Shown piece by piece: positions 62,713 through 64,000 of a stretch of DNA of 64,000 bases. The stretch lies in NCBI GenBank assembly GCA_951406725.2, contig OX597836.1, positions 37,200,001 to 37,264,000 on the forward strand. The letters are read 5' to 3'. Position 1 is the first letter of the stretch, and each line of letters begins with the position of its first letter. The notes beneath the pieces are model-generated. The model was not told the DNA's origin. It did no database searches and saw nothing but the letters and a program-made list of their open reading frames with translations. This DNA comes from Octopus vulgaris. Its lineage: Eukaryota. The translations under genes were made by a program, and so were the position numbers.

Positions 62713-63069
62713 CGAATCGGTTCTTTGAGAAATCTAAAATTTTAGCAATCACCAGCCTACAGAGAGTTAAACGAAAAAAAAGCTACCTGTTGCATATATG
62801 AACTCCATTGAACTTACAGCTTTTTGCAAGAACTTATTCATTTTGAAGCTAAAACTTGAAAAAAATGTGTTTGAAGAATTTTTTTTTCTTTTTTTCATCT
62901 TAATTCTGTTATTCTATTATTCTTTAATTTCCTGCTGAACAAACAGCAAATGGAAATGAAATATTCATGAGATAGCAACCGGATTTCAGAATTTTTAAGG
63001 AAAGGTATAATCGATGATATTCACACCTTTTCTCAGTGGAACATTATCGTATTCTTTCTTGACGCTGTA

Positions 63070-64000
63070 ACTGATTTCAAATTTTGTTACAATGCCACCA
63101 ATATTTATCGGAGCCGAGAAAATCAATTACATCAAGCCTCCTGTTTAATTGGTACTTAAGTGACCGATCCCGAAAGGATTAAAAGCAAAGACGACCTCAG
63201 CTGCCTGTAAACTCAGAACATAAATATTCGGGAGAAACGTCACGAAGCATTTTCTCAGGCTCGAAAACGACTTTTCCAGAGTTTTGTCTCATTAATAATA
63301 TTCATATTTTTTTTAATTTTAGAACAACACCGGCAATCTTTTAGAGGAAAAGCAGTTATTTGATTACATTGATCCTGTCCTTATGGGTATTTTATTTTAT
63401 CGTCCCTCGAGTGATGAAAAGTAAACTTGATGGAAAGAGCCGGAAGAAAAGCCGCTAAGCATAAAGTCCTGCACCGTAACGATTCCTATTTCTTTATTGC
63501 CCACAAGGGGCTAAACATAGAGGGGACAAACAAGGACAGACAAAGGAATTAAGTCGATTACATCTATCCCAGTGCGTAACTGGTACTTAATTTATCGACC
63601 CTGAGTGGATGAAAGGCAAAGTCGACCTCGGCGGAATTTGAACTCGAAACGTAACGGCAGACGAAATACCTATTTTTTTACTACCCACAAGGGGCTAAAC
63701 ATAGAGGGGACAAACAAGGACAGACAAACGAATTAAGTCGATTACATCGTAACTGGTATTTATTTAATCGACTCCGAAAGGATGAAAGGCAAAGTCGAAC
63801 TCGGCGGAATTTGAACTCTGAACGTAGCGGCAGACGAAATACCTATTTCTTTATTACCCACAAGGGGCTAAACACAGAGGGGAGAAACAAGGACCCAGGG
63901 GCGTAACGGTACCTAATTTACCGATCTCGAAATGATGAAAGGCAAAGTCGACCTCGGCAGAATTTGAACTCAGAACGTAACGGCAGACGAAAGACCGCTA
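63070..64000 (-). mobile_element. SINE C cluster: two old copies plus three-unit head-to-tail array (63485-64000), running off the window
   Basis: GACGAAATA|CCTATTT junctions at ~63669 and ~63841. Confidence 0.9.

Overview
AT-rich, microsatellite-saturated animal non-coding DNA with no intact protein-coding gene. The repeat families look, from memory and unverified, like those of octopus. Nearly all listed ORFs are (TA)n/(CA)n/(AAT)n/(GATA)n artefacts. The real content is: three tRNA-headed SINE families; decayed Tc1/mariner elements; an inverted Penelope-like (PLE) GIY-YIG fragment; an RTE LINE 3' end; two restriction-like-endonuclease (R4/Dong-type) LINE 3' ends sitting in microsatellites; and many short (TA)n-embedded PLE-type termini. 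The hidden signal is about a dozen minimal type I hammerhead ribozyme motifs. Several carry recurrent non-canonical cores (CCGANGA, CUGUAGA), and inversion breakpoints fall inside the ribozyme. Best candidates for an undescribed system: a tRNA-headed, hammerhead-tailed SINE/retrozyme chimera (60940-61970) and a 3.9-kb non-coding hammerhead element (13817-17690). All calls are by eye; coordinates are approximate to a few bases.
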